A DNA stretch of 64,000 nt, taken from the NCBI RefSeq assembly GCF_963921235.1, contig NC_086107.1:96784001-96848000 (forward strand), in the 5' to 3' direction. The position numbers and the translations under genes were made by a program. The notes under the pieces are model-generated. The model saw only the letters and a list, made by a program, of their open reading frames with translations. It was not told the DNA's origin and searched no databases. This document shows, one piece after another, positions 1 to 12,565 of this stretch. Source of the DNA: Mobula hypostoma (lineage: Eukaryota). The first letter of the stretch is position 1; every line of letters begins with the position of its first letter.

Positions 1-43
1 ACGTTGCAAAGGCACTGGAAGAAGATCTCTTCCCAGCACTCAC

Positions 44-140
44 CCTCGATGATCCCCCAAGGAGTTTTCCTTCCCAACACTCGTTTCCCATTTATTTGAT
101 ATTCGGTGTCACTGCCAACGATGGCAAATGGCATGGTTTC
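44..140 (-). CDS. SEPTIN3: Septin-3 coding exon (ETMPFAIVGSDTEYQINGKRVLGRKTPWGIIE, start of the septin unique element); last exon visible in window
   Basis: Reverse complement reads tgtcccgcag|GAAACCATG...ATCGAGG|gtgagt; 97 nt, phase 0 in, phase 1 out. Matches the septin PFAVVGS and GRxxPWG motifs. Not captured by the ORF track. Confidence 0.95.
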
Positions 141-1240
141 CTGCGGGACAGAGGAAAGCATGTCATTAATGGTGTGTGACAGAAAACCCGCAATAAAGCC
201 AGCAGAGGTGCCAAACTGCTCAGCGAGTGCCTTATGTGGTGACTTTCGCCAGAAGTGGATCCTACATGCAGAGCACTCAAGGCTACCCATCACCATGTGG
301 AGAAGGTAGAGAGAGATTACTGCGGGAGTTTCACGCCTCATTGGTGGGGCTGAACCCGTGGCAGGATCAGCTGTTGGCTGCACTCTCCTCCTGGTGCTCG
401 TCATCCGAGACAGACCAGCTCCCCGTCACACTTACCTGCTGCCAGCAGCCAACGACGAGTATTTCACCATTACTAAATCTCTCTGGTTTGGAATCCACTT
501 GAAATTCATCCTAGAATTGGTTACAATAACAGCAAGACCTGGTGACGTCTGTGTCTGTACTTGTCTGAGATTTAGTTCCAGTACTATTGTGAATACAACA
601 TATAGATGCTTTGACATCCCACACTGCTGGTGCAGGGGCACTGATCTCCACCCATGACCTGTCAGTGAGTGAGCTCCAGAGTCAGTGATCTACCCATAAC
701 CTGAGGGTCTCTCCATGTTCTCAGCATCTGCCATCTCTCTGGTGTCTGCACATCCGTAACCTGGTTCATTTACCTTTGGGGTTGCTGGCTTGAGTTCCTT
801 GAAGTTGACCAAATGAATAGAAAGGACAATCACAACCCAATCTAGATCCCATTCCTCAGAATTTGAGCCCTGGCAGGTGGTTTGAATAACACAAATGTTA
901 TTACTTCTGCTGTTGAGTACACTTGTATTTGCTACACCCTCACATATCTATCACAGGACTACAAGACTTAGGAGCAGAGTGAGGCTATTTAGCCTATTGA
1001 GTTTGCCCTGCCATTCCATCATGGCTGATTTATTATCCCTTTCAACTCCATTCTTCTGCCTTCTCCCCATAATCTTTGATGCCCTTATTAATCAAGAGCC
1101 CATCAACTTCTGCATTAATTATACCCAATGACTTGACCTCCACAGCCATTTGTATTCAACTGCACAGCTGTGTACACATCTCGTTGATGTTTACCTGACA
1201 GGTACAGCCCAACGTGTGGAGGAAATGGATTCCTACTCAC

Positions 1241-1336
1241 CCTGATCTTGTCGTTCTCTATCTTATCCTCCATGTCTTCATCAAATTCCCTCTGCGGGTA
1301 GAACTCAATATTGTTTGCCTCCAGCTCTTTCCGGAC
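1241..1336 (-). CDS. SEPTIN3: Septin-3 coding exon (VRKELEANNIEFYPQREFDEDMEDKIENDKIR)
   Basis: ttctaacataag|GTCCGG...ATCAGG|gtgagt; 96 nt, phase 0/0; very close to the vertebrate SEPT3 sequence as I know it. Confidence 0.95.
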
Positions 1337-2201
1337 CTTATGTTAGAAGGACAAAGAGAATCACTGTTGGCTGTCGTACCAGGAAATGGTGCTAAGAGGT
1401 GGGCTGCAGAGTTTCAGGAAAAGATGGGCTAGTTTCAGGGACCATAGTACATTGCTCAAGTATCCTGAGCCTTGACTTACCCATTAGGAGACGTGGATCT
1501 GATTTCCACCACAGAAGGGGACTTTACATTAAAATGAATCCGGAATAAAAAGCTTGTCTCAGTGTTGAGGTCTGTGAATCACTAGGTTGTAAGAACCTGC
1601 CCGGCTCTTCAGAGAAGGAAAGTTGCCAACCCAGATGGGTATACGGGCCTGGGAATCCATTCAGTTCAGGAGCAGTTAGGGATGGTCAATAACCTTGACC
1701 TTGCCTTGCCCATCCATGAATGAACAAAGAGTAGGCCATAAGATATAGGAGCGGATAAGGCTATTCAGCCCATCGAGTCTGCTCTGCCATAAAGCTCCAA
1801 TCCTACAGCAGCTGTGACTCAAGCACCAGGAGTCAACACCAATACTCTGCTCTGACAAATTGTCACAGCTACATTGGCCATTGAACATTGGGCAGAGGAA
1901 TTTGATTCTCTTTGTCACATTTTTGTTAACAAACACATACCAGCCGATGCAATGGATCTCAAAAGAACAGTTCGTTAACGTGGCAGGGTAACAGTTGAAC
2001 TCAGCAAATTTTCTTGTACAGATTGTACTTGGGACTGTTAGTAAGTCAGTAAGTTAGTTAGTAAGTTAGTATGTCATGCCTCCCTCCGGTGAAGATATAG
2101 ACCATCTATATATGAAAGTACACCATATACCTCCTTTTATAAAAGGCATAATCTTTTTTCAATAAACTACTTATATTTATATACATCACTCAAACTTAAT
2201 A

Positions 2202-2741
2202 CAGTCAGCGGCCATTTTATTAGGTTTGCCTGCTTGTTAATGCAAATAAATTCCATATAATCAGCCAATCACGTGGCAGCAACTCAATGCATAAAAGCAT
2301 GCAGACATAGTGAAGAGGTTTATTTGTTTTTCAAACTAAACATCAGAATGGGGAAGGGCTGTGATCTAAGTGTCTCTGACAGTGGAATGATTGTGGCTGC
2401 CAGCTGGGGTGGTTTGAATATCTCAGAAACTGCTGATATCCTGTGATTTTCACACACAACAGCTTCTAGAGTTTGCAGAGAATGGTGTTAAAAAGCAAAC
2501 AAAAATATCCAGTGAGGGGCATTTCTGTGGGTGACAACATCTTGTTAATGAGAGAGGAATGGTCAGTCTGGTTCAAGCTGACAGGAAGGTGACAATAACT
2601 CAAATACTACACGTTACAACAGTGGCGTGCAGAAATGCACCTCTGAGTGCACAAAACATTGAACCGTGAAGTAGATGGGCTACAGCAGCAGAAGGCAACA
2701 CCAAGTTTCATTCCTGTCCCTAATAAAGTGGTCACTGAGTG
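2202..2741 (+). mobile_element. Internally deleted Tc1-like DNA transposon
   Basis: Inverted ends cagtcagcggccattttattagg / cctaataaagtggtcactgagtg, TA at the left end. Interior encodes a decayed HTH fragment (DLSVSDSGMIVAA..GLNISETADIL.FSHTTASRV.REW). Confidence 0.8.
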
Positions 2742-4267
2742 TTCTTTACGATCAACAAACTGCAGATTCATTCTTGCGGGGGGGGGTTTTACAAATTCCA
2801 GTGTATTCCCTCCATATCCACATTCACTTCTGAACTTGCCAACGTGCCTGTGCTCACAGACCTTCTCCGCAGTCACCTTGAACATTGCCAACTCTGCTGT
2901 TGTTCAACACTGTGATATTTATAGAGGTGTCAAGGGTACAGTTACAGGTAGCAGGAACAATCTGACTTGTAATCTAAATATAACTCTCTGCCATTTCAGA
3001 GCAGACATCTCTCGATCACTTCAGATCCTGGCATCATTCCGAATGAGTTGCTACCTTTATCTGCAAACAACAACTCTATATTATAGCTAAACCTGCTGGG
3101 AATGTCATACGATCCTGCTGGGAATGTCCTACCACCTTCCATGAGCAACATATAACACAAAGAACAATGATCTCGTCTTATAAAATACATTTTTTTGTTC
3201 TATTCACCTGTGCCCCACCTTTCCTGCAGCTTAAAACCAGCTTATTTTATCTTTTCTCTGGCTCTTTTTTTTTGAAGGTTTTCAGACAAACATTCACTCT
3301 GTTTCTCTCTCCACAGGTGCTGTCTGACCTGCTGAGTGTTTCCAGCACTTTAGACTTCTAGCATCTGCATTTTTAAAAATCTTTGTTTTGAGATTTTATT
3401 TGTTTTGGCGGGAGGATCTAAACTCATGGATCGACATTGACTTGACTTCTCCCTCTCGAGCCCACGTGAAGTTTGAGTCTCGTGGTTAGCCCCTGCCCCA
3501 ACACTAGCTCTGGGGTCTGAGATGGTTGGAAGGAAGGCCCCAACATCATGGCATTCTGACAGCAAGGGCTTTTCACAGTTTCTGAACATCACTGATGGCC
3601 AAGGACAGGGATGTTCATAAACAATTTAAAACATGCAGACCTTTACCAAAAATTAAATACCTTCACCATCTTTTAACTATTGTTCAATAGCAAAATGAAC
3701 TGCAGCTAATTAATTAAATAAACATAAACAAAGAAATAAAGAAAAATAAACAAGAAACTTATTAAATGGAAGTTGAGGACCCATTCAAATGGGACTGTGT
3801 TAGACATGCCAGCTGGGCTACAATTAAACTGTAAGTGTATTCAGTCCATCAGCTCAGGCTCTGCATTCACTGGACAAATGACAAGCACCTGACACTCAGC
3901 GCACTCCAGACCACTGCAGGGTGGTGTGCAGGTTCCAAAGGCGAGAACGTACTGATGTGTAGAGCCCAGCTCCGGCGCTCCCTATGGACACACTGGCTCG
4001 CCAGCAGCCCCTTCCAGCCCAGTGTCTCTGTCAGTGCTGTGACTGCTCCACTCCCTCTGTAAGATTCCGTCATGCACAGCTCACCCTTTGCCTCGGCAGC
4101 TCTCCAGCGCATCCCTACACTGTGATGGAAAATTCTGTTCAACCAGGTTTCACACTGAAGGAAATGAATCCTTTGAGAATTTGCTTCTTCAAGGGTTCTT
4201 AGACTACTCTGACAGGTTGTTCATAAACCTATAAGATACAGGAGCAGGGCCGTTCATCCCTGTTGAG

Positions 4268-5507
4268 CAGAGGTCCCCAACCTTTTTTGCATCGCGGATC
4301 GGTTTATTATTGACAATATTCTTGCGGACCGGCAGACCCGGGGTGGGGGGGGGGCGGGTAGGGTTGCCAACGGACAAGAGTAGCAGTCAAATACGTTGTG
4401 TTTACCCCGAGTAAGACTACAATGACCATGAAGCCTTGCGCAGGCACCAGTGTGCACATGCGTGTACGTGCCGATTTTTTTCTACAAATCGTTTTTGGTG
4501 ATTCTGTTCGGGGGGGGGGTGGGCTTTTAATCATGACCAGAATATAGGTAATAAGTGGCTAATACATTCAATTTCGTTTCTAAAGGGGTTTATCTAATGA
4601 ATTTAATATTAAACACACAGCGCATATTTTCCTCACATGAATATAGTGATATTATCAACTATCAGGGGAGGACAGGGGAGCTTGAAGTAAGTGTTGAATG
4701 AACTTCCAGTAGAAGTGGCAGAGGCAGGTTCGATATTATCATTTAAAGAAAAATTGGATAGGTATATGAACAGGAAAGGAATGGAGGGTTATGGCCTGAG
4801 TGCAGGTCAGTGGGACTAGGTGAGAGTAGCGTTCGGCACGGACTAGAAGAGCAGAGATGGCCTGTTTCTGTGCTGTAATTGTTATATGGTTATATAAGTC
4901 ACTTATAAGTCAAAAGCATCCTAACATTTTGAGTAACGTTTGGATATTAAACACACAGCACATATTTCCCCCGTATGAACATAGAAAATCATTGCAACAC
5001 ACCAGTATCGCTGAATCAGTGGGAGCCCTGGGCTTGTTTCCCTGCAACAAGACGGTGCCATCGAGGGGTGATGGGAGACAGCGATACTCGAAGGGGGTTC
5101 CTTATGTCCAGTTTATTCCGCAATTTAGTTTTCGTTACATTCATTGCAGAGATATGTTGGAAATGGAAGCAACGTTTTCAGTGCTTTCATGGCTATCTCA
5201 GGATATTTAGCCTTGACTTTGATCCAGAATGCCAGTAGAGATGTTATGTCAAACATACTTTTTAGCCCGTCATCATTTGCAAGCTCGAGGAGTTGATCTC
5301 CTTCCAGCGCTGACATGGATGATGCACGGGTAATGACCTTGCATGCGTAATGACCTCACGTGCATTCAAGTTCAACAGTAGGCGTGAGAGGGAATGAGGA
5401 AAGGTGCGGCTGACTCATATCGCCAAATCATATCGTTTCCTTGCGGCCTGGTAGCGCATGCTTCGCGGCCTGGTACCGGTCCGCGGCCTGGTGGTTGGGG
5501 ACCGCTG
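4268..5507 (-). mobile_element. Non-autonomous hAT (Charlie/Buster-like) element with a nested CR1 3' fragment (about 4680-4890)
   Basis: TIRs cagaggtccccaacc / ggttggggaccgctg; perfect 8-bp TSD ctgttgag (4260-4267, 5508-5515); hAT dimerisation remnant FWIKVKAKYPEIAMKALKTLLPFPTYLC in ORF 5125..5316. Confidence 0.9.
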
Positions 5508-6707
5508 CTGTTGAGTCTGCTCCACTATTCAATCATTCTCCCCATTACCTTTAACCCTTTTACTGATCAAGAACCCATCGACCTCTGCCTTAAACACTCA
5601 ATAACTTGGTCTCCACAGTCACCTGAGGCAACGAGTTCCTCAGATTCTGGCCAAAGAAATTCTTCTTCATCTCAGTTTGAGCTGCCTTTACTTTGAGGCT
5701 GTGCCCTTGGCTGCCCCACTTGGCATCACTATCCATTGGGACCAGTAAACGATTACACCCCCTTCTGCCCTTGTGGAAGGGGTTTTGTGGCCATGTCCAC
5801 GCCCACAGTGGTGATCTGCACCTTCAACAAACTCTATGCATCTTTGGCCATGAGAAATGGGCGCTGTACATATCCTACAGGATCCTGAAGCCTTTCTGAA
5901 AGTTTTGAGCTTCTGACCATAACAAAACAAAGCAGCCATCACTTCTTCCTCAGATCTCACTGGTGCCCAGATGATGTCACACGCAGCTTCCCCATTTGAC
6001 CCATTGATCCATGGACTTGGTCCTTTCCAACACAGTTCCTGCATTTAGCAAGTGCCAGGACTCTCGCAAACCTGTCTGCTGCCCTGGAGCGTGATCGTGC
6101 CACATGCCCCCTGTGTAAAGGTTGTGCCAGTACACGTTCCCTGTGGTGCTGGCTGTTGTCTGTACTGCAGTCCTACCCCGCAACACCCTGTGAAGCTCCC
6201 AAGAGAACAACACTCACAGACTGAGGCTTCATCTCCTCCGCTGTCCCACTACAAGTGGTACTGGCTTTTCACTAAAACCCAGAAACGCAGAAAACTCCTT
6301 TTTCTCTCTGCCGAAATGCTATCCCAACCTCATCACCAATTGATGATGTCTTCCACTGACACATGCAGATGAAAGCAACAGGTATGTACGAACAAGGCTT
6401 AGCACCTACAACATGTACAGGTCACTTTTACAGGAACTGAATAAAAAGGAACAGGAATAGGCTAATCAGCCCCCAGAAATAGCTCCTCCCTTCGGTCACA
6501 TCACAGACAATCCCAGCAATCTCAGTACCACTTTCCCATTCTCTCCCCACACCCCTCGACTCCCTAACAGCTTCAATGCCTGCCTCCAACTTGCTCTCTC
6601 GTGCTGAATTATTATTGTCACATGTACTGAAATATCATGAAAAGCTATTGCTTCTGGACTATCTACAGAGATTATTCCAGACACAAAAATATCAAAGAGA
6701 AAGCAAT

Positions 6708-6975
6708 CAACAGGAATTCTGCAGATGCTGGAAATTCAAGCAACACACATCAAAGTTGCTGGTGAACGCAACAGGCCAGGCAGCATCTCTAGGAAGAGGT
6801 ACAGTCGACGTTTCAGGCCGAGACCCTTCGTCAGGACTAACTGAAGGAAGAGCTTACTAACTCTTCCTTCAGTTAGTCCTTACGCAGGGTCTTGGCCTGA
6901 AACGTCGACTATATCTCTTCCTAGAGATGCTGCCTGGCCTGCTGCGTTCACCAGCAACTTTGATGTGTGTTGCTT
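6708..6975. mobile_element. Palindromic Penelope-derived mini-element (two inverted pLTRs) with hammerhead motifs
   Basis: Inverted arms of about 115 bp (6738-6852 / 6861-6975) plus a 30-bp unpaired tail; 14-bp TSD aaagagaaagcaat (6694-6707, 6976-6989). Confidence 0.85.
6803..6838 (-). ncRNA. Minimal type I hammerhead ribozyme motif (intact core)
   Basis: AGTC-CTGACGA-AGGgtctcggCCT-GAAAC-GTC-GACT: stem I, catalytic core, stem II, palindromic ACGT stem III and GUC cleavage triplet. Confidence 0.75.
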
Positions 6976-8088
6976 AAAGAGAAAGCAATAACTGAATGCA
7001 GAATAGAGTGTTACAGTCAGAGAGCGCGCGCAGTGCAGGCAAACAATAAGGTGCAAGGGCCACAATGAGGTAGCTTGGAAGATCACAAGTTCTTTTTTTA
7101 ACATATGACAGGTCTGATAATATCAATACTGGGGAATTCTAAAGAATGACCCAAAACATTACGTAATTCTGTTTTCCCTTCACAGATGCTGCTTGACCTG
7201 TTGAGTATTTCCAGCATTTTCTGTTTTTATTTGAGACTTTCAACATCTAGTTTTCTTGATTTTTATCAAAATAGGTATATCACATCTAATAAAGTGCAGC
7301 ATGTCCATGTATGGCAACACACCATATTTGGCAGAAACCCTGTCTGCAATGTTTGAATGCAATTTTTAGCACGTTAGTAGGATATGTTAAAATATTACTC
7401 ACAGGAGTTTAACACTAAAACAGCAAACTGTAAAGTATTCTGAAATGTTTTGAAAATATTAATGCTTTTGGACAAGGTGGAATCAGACCATGTTGGCATA
7501 GAAAGCGGCCATTTTGTCCAGCAAATCAATGCCAGCTCCTACACGAGCAAGTTCAGTAATGGCAACCTCCAGCTTTTGCACAGTTACAAATTATTCCCTC
7601 TCAGAAGCTAACTGGCTCCCTTTTCAAAGCTCTGACTGTTTTCAGCACTACTATAGCAGTCAGAGCCAGACCGTTAACTACTCATTGTAAAAAAAAAGTC
7701 TCCTTGTCTCCCTCCGCACTGTTATCCAGAGCCTTAAAGGTGGTCCCTTAGAGAAATAGATTTATTTTTCTCATATTTTCTAAACTGTTCTCTCTTCATC
7801 TTACTGGTTCTCCAAGCTGACCTGATAACTAAACTCTTCCTGTATTGGAAGTATCCTTGTAGATGAGCATGCTCCCTCAAGGGGCTTCTGACATCCTTCC
7901 TTATGTAGGGTTACCAAAACAGGATGACCTGATAACTTCTTTTATGAAGTTCAAAATTCCACCTGCTTTACCTCTTAACATAGTGGTCAAGTTCCTGGAT
8001 AAGGGCAGCCAAGGGTAACCCTTGCATTATCACAGAGTGGGGTGGCACGGAATTAAAGATGCTCATGACAAGGTTGGAGCAAACTCAC

Positions 8089-8206
8089 CCTCAGTTTGAA
8101 ATCGTGCCTCTCCTCCAGAGTCATCGTGTCTGCTTTTGCAATGACGGGAATGATGTTCATTATTTTTCCCAGGCGCTTCATGAACTCGATGTCCAGGGGT
8201 CGCAGG
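8089..8206 (-). CDS. SEPTIN3: Septin-3 coding exon with G4 AKAD motif ([40 protein letters not shown])
   Basis: cttcttgcag|CCTGCGA...CTGAGG|gtgagt; 118 nt; lies inside ORF 8053..8316. Confidence 0.96.
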
Positions 8207-9059
8207 CTGCAAGAAGAAATGCAATTGTCACCGCCAATATCCGCAATGCTGCTTCCACGTCCTCCCGGTACAGGCCTCATCCTAAACACCACCAGGGGGA
8301 GCCACCCCTTCTCCACTCATCCCCATGCACTGGGGGAGCATCCTCGATTGATTTTTCTTCCACCCCTCAGAGACAAGGGATTGTCCAACCCCCCTCCACA
8401 CTTTCTGTGATGCTGGCCATGGTTACCTGTAGAGCTGGCCAGTGAGAGGTACCCTCCTTTGTTTGGCTTGGTATAAGCAATGCCCATGCAGATGAATGCA
8501 CAAGGACTCCAACTGGTCACCTTCCCCCTCAGGCCTGAAAACATTCCCACTGTGAAGATTCTTCTGGTGAGCTTCGGATTGTACCCGTACCCACCCCCTC
8601 ATGGTCAGCACAGTGCGCATCGCCACAGAAGCACTGTGTTTTAGAAGCTCCCCTTCTCTCCTGCTCCTATTGCTTTACATCTTTATAGCTATTCTGTTGT
8701 CTTCTAGCCCTTTTTTTTAAGGTTATGAGGATGCGCAGTCCTCTTTTATTGTCATTTAGTAATGCAGGACTCTTTCTAGTCCTGAAGAGGGGCTTCTGCC
8801 TGAATTGTCGACTGTTTATTCTTTTCCATAGATACTGCCCAATCTGCTGAGTTCCTGCAGCATTTTGTATGTGTTGGTTTGGATTTCCAGGATCTCGTGT
8901 TCTTTGTGGTCATTTTATTCACAATGTCTAGTTCTTCGGTTCAACCCTTATCCCATCCTTTCACTCCTGGAGTTGCTTGCTTTCAACTGGATGGCCCAGA
9001 TTTTACACACTTTCAGCACTGATGGCAACATCCAAATGAAAATCCAAATTCCATTCTCA

Positions 9060-9520
9060 ATCCTGTTCTGACATGTCAGTCCCTGGCCTCCTGTTGTGCC
9101 GAGATGAGGCCACTCTCAGGGTCGGGGAGCAACACCTTATTTTACATCTGGGTAGTCTCCAACCTGGTGGCATGAATATGGTCTTCTCCTTCCGGTAAAA
9201 AACAATTCCCTCCCCTTTTCCTCTTCTTCTATTCCCCACTCTGGCCTCTTACTTTTTCTCACCTCCTGGGTCTTCTCCTCCTTCCCTTTCTCCTATGGTC
9301 CACTCTCCTCTCCCATCAGATTCCTTCCCATCCAGCTCTTTACTAGCTTCACCTATCACCTTCTAGCTATCTTCCTTCCCCCTCTCCAAACTTTTTCTTT
9401 TGGCATCTTTTCCCTTCCTTTCCAGTCCTGAAGAAAGGTCTGGCCTGAAACGTTGACTGTTTATTCCCTTCTTTAGATGCTGCCTGACCTGCTGAGTTCC
9501 TCCAGCATTTTGTGTGTGGC
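9060..9520 (+). mobile_element. Penelope-like element 3' fragment (GIY-YIG tail plus pLTR with hammerhead motif at about 9424-9458)
   Basis: Translates DMSVPGLLLCRDEATLRVGEQHLILHLGSLQPGGMN, then a pyrimidine tract and agtcCTGAAGA...GAAACgttgact. Confidence 0.75.
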
Positions 9521-9725
9521 ATCCGAATGAAATTACTCCAGTTTCATGAAAAACTCATTCCTATTCGGAGTGGAACCTGATACGGACAGAGTTGTCTCGT
9601 AAAGTTTGCAAAGATTTTCGTTAATGCATGGCACATACACATTGGTAGACCTTGTAACCCCTTGCAATAGAAGTTAGTGATAGGCTAGGGTTGGGGGATT
9701 TGGGTTTTGGACTGTTTATACATAC

Positions 9726-9863
9726 GAGTGCCCAGTGGGGGAGATGAAGTAGAGGCAGCAGTGCACGCGGGTGTCGGGAATACGTTTCTTCCTCGAGATG
9801 TTCGCCTCCTCCTTCAGGAACTTCTCGTACTGTTCACTGATGTACTTCTCAATTGGCTCCCAG
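9726..9863 (-). CDS. SEPTIN3: Septin-3 coding exon (CWEPIEKYISEQYEKFLKEEANISRKKRIPDTRVHCCLYFISPTGHS)
   Basis: ctctttgcag|CTGGGAG...CACTC|gtatgt; 138 nt, phase 2/2; septin DTRVHCCLYF motif. Confidence 0.96.
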
Positions 9864-10999
9864 CTGCAAAGAGCAAAACACGTGTTGGAGGCTGCTGGCT
9901 ACAGAGAGGGTAGGAAACACTCAGACGTGGACTGCAGAGAGGGTAGGAAACACTCAGAAATGGACTGGCACTTGGGAGACGTGTGCCTGTTACTCTGATG
10001 AGTTCACCCTGAGTTTCCGTTGTATCAGTGAGCAGTGTTACCCAGCTCAGTAACTCATCTGAAGTGGTATTACACAGCCTCAGAGTGGGGTATTAGATCA
10101 TCTGGTATAGTGATCAGATCATAGATCATTGACCTGAAATATTAACTCTCTTCCCTTCTCCATGGATGCTGTCTGACCTGCCGAGTGTTTCCTTCATTTT
10201 CTGTTTTGACTTCAGAGTGAAAGGTTTAGTATCTGGTAGGGAGTCACATACAGACTGAACTGGCTTGCGGAACGACACACACATAGTGTGGGAACCCTAT
10301 TAAACTAGACTTTGCCGGGAACCTACAAAGGTGTGTGAATCAGTGGTGGTCGGGTTGGTCCCTGTGGTTCTCTGAGGAAACTGAAAAGCCAGTGTCCATG
10401 TGCTTTACATGGGCCAAGGTTCATTCCTGCCCTCACCCTCCCCTGACTAACTCCATCTCCACTCCCTGCTGCCTCGGTAAAACCGCCATATAATAAAGGA
10501 CCCTTCCTATCCTCTCCCACCGGCCAGAAGATACAAAAGCCTAAGAGCATGTCAAAGTCAAGGTCAAAGTAAATGTTAGTATTAAAATACATATTACTCT
10601 GCTTTGCTGCTGCTTGTGCATGGGAGGGGGGCTTTGGGGTTCTAACATTTTTACTGTCACTCATTCTTCAGGGCACTCTTCTGTTTTTGTGGATGTCTGT
10701 GAAGAACAAGAATTTCAGGTTGTATATTGTATATGTTCTCTGATATTAAATGGAATTGTTGAAATATTAAACACACGTCACCATATATCTCCCTGAGATT
10801 CACCTTTCCTGTGGCCATAGTCAGCAAATAGATAGACTAGTAAGTGTATCAGCATCAATGAAAGATCAACCAGAGCGCAGGAGTCAACAAACTGCGCAAA
10901 TGTAAATATAAATAAATAGCAATAAGTAATGAAATAAAGAGTCCTTAAAGCGGTTGTGGGAACATCTCAGTAGATGAGTATAGTTATCCCCTTTTATTC

Positions 11000-11345
11000 A
11001 AGAGCTTGATAATCGAGGGGTAGTAACTGTTCTTGAACCTGGTGGTGCGAGTCCTGAGGCTCTCTTAGCTTTTTCTCGATGGCAGCAGCAAGAAGAGTGC
11101 ATGTCCTGGGTGGTGGGGATCTCTGATGATGGATGCTGCTTTCCTGTGACAGCATTTCATGTGGTTGTGCTCAGTGGTTGAAAGGGCTTAACCAGTGATG
11201 TACTGGCTGAATCCACTACCTTTTGTAGGATTTTCCACTCAAAGGCATTGGTGTTCCCATACCAGGCTGTGATGTAGCCAGTTAACACACTCTCCACTAC
11301 ACATCTGTAGAAGTTTGTCAAAGTTTTCGATGTTACGCTGAATCA
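11000..11345 (-). mobile_element. Rex1/Babar-like LINE 3' fragment
   Basis: Similar to the fragments at about 13150-13540 and 56880-58240; typical ...FYRCVVESVLTGYITAWYGN...AASIIRDPHHPGH text. Confidence 0.6.
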
Positions 11346-12188
11346 GGCTCAAGGCACTTCAACCCCACTGTTACCAGACACTTGAGCAGATCTCTTGTAT
11401 GTAGAAAGATGGGCTCTTGATTTTCCAAACTATCTCATCGTGGCCCACGCGAGCCTGGTCCCCAGCAGTAGCTGAGGAAATGTGAAGCAGAGCTTCACCG
11501 GCACTGCACAGTGTACTTGTGCAGGGAGGCATCCACACTCACAAGGTGACCCCGGTGGTGTCCAGATGTGTATCGTGTGTTGTTGGATCCATTCCAAATG
11601 CTCTGCATGCGACATCTTACCCATGGAGAACCAGGATGTTCCCACTCACAACTTTCAACATTTTGAGGGAGTGTGGATCATGGACACAGACCCACTTCCA
11701 TGGAATTCCATCCCCCCACCCTTCCTGCTCCTTTGGCAGGCTGGCCTACTTCAGTTCCGGCCTTTCACAGCCATTCTTTTCTCACCTTTGCTGACATCCC
11801 ATGATGAACACGCGAGGAACTGGATGGGGGGGGCCATTCAGCCCCTCGTGTCTGCTGCACTGTTCAGTGAGACCACAGCTGACCTTTCAACTCGGCTCCA
11901 TTTACCTGCATTAACCCCTCTATCAACCTCTGACCCAAACACACGCAGTGACTGAGCCTCCTCAATTCTCCTGGGCAAAGGGTTCCAAACATTCACATCC
12001 TCAGGTGAAGGGATTTGTTCCCAGCTCAGTCTGACGGCTGGACCTCACCTTGTTGACTGTGACCCAATAGACAACAGACAATAGGTGCAGGAGTAGGCCA
12101 TTTGGCCCTTCGAGTCAGCACTGCCATTCACTGTGATCACGGCTGATCATCCACAACCATGTGTGGTTCGAGTGTTTTCCTCACCTAC

Positions 12189-12270
12189 CAGTTGTCATTG
12201 TTGATCTGATCTCCGAATCCAGGTGTGTCAATCACTGTCAGCTTCATCTTCACCCCCTTCTCCTCGATGA
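12189..12270 (-). CDS. SEPTIN3: Septin-3 coding exon with G3 DTPG motif ([28 protein letters not shown])
   Basis: ttctttccag|TCATCGAG...AACTG|gtaggt; 82 nt, phase 1 in, phase 2 out. Confidence 0.96.
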
Positions 12271-12446
12271 CTGGAAAGAAGATAAAACCATCATGTCCAT
12301 TATAATGAGTGCATTGGCTTTGAGTGTTTTTTTTAAACTTTCTGGGAGTGGTAGGTTACCAGTGTTTGGCTGGTCGTCAACAACTGACTGATGAAGCTGA
12401 TGTTGTCCAATGAACTGCCTCTAACTCTGGAGCCCCAACTCCAGTC

Positions 12447-12565
12447 AACCTGATTGGTTCAGAGCAACTCTGCTCAACCTGATTGGTTCAGAGCAACTCT
12501 GCTCGACCTGATTGGTTCAGAGCAACTCTGAAGCCCCAACCCCATTCAACCTGATTGGTTCAGAC
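12447..12565. repeat. 29-bp tandem repeat (about 3 copies plus a fourth partial) containing TGATTGG
   Basis: tgattggttcagagcaactctg at 12451, 12480 and 12509, partial copy at 12552. Confidence 0.85.

Noticed and set aside
5688..6372. Overlapping ORFs of 68-118 aa, possibly a retroelement pol relic
   Set aside because: I could not assign any motif with confidence.
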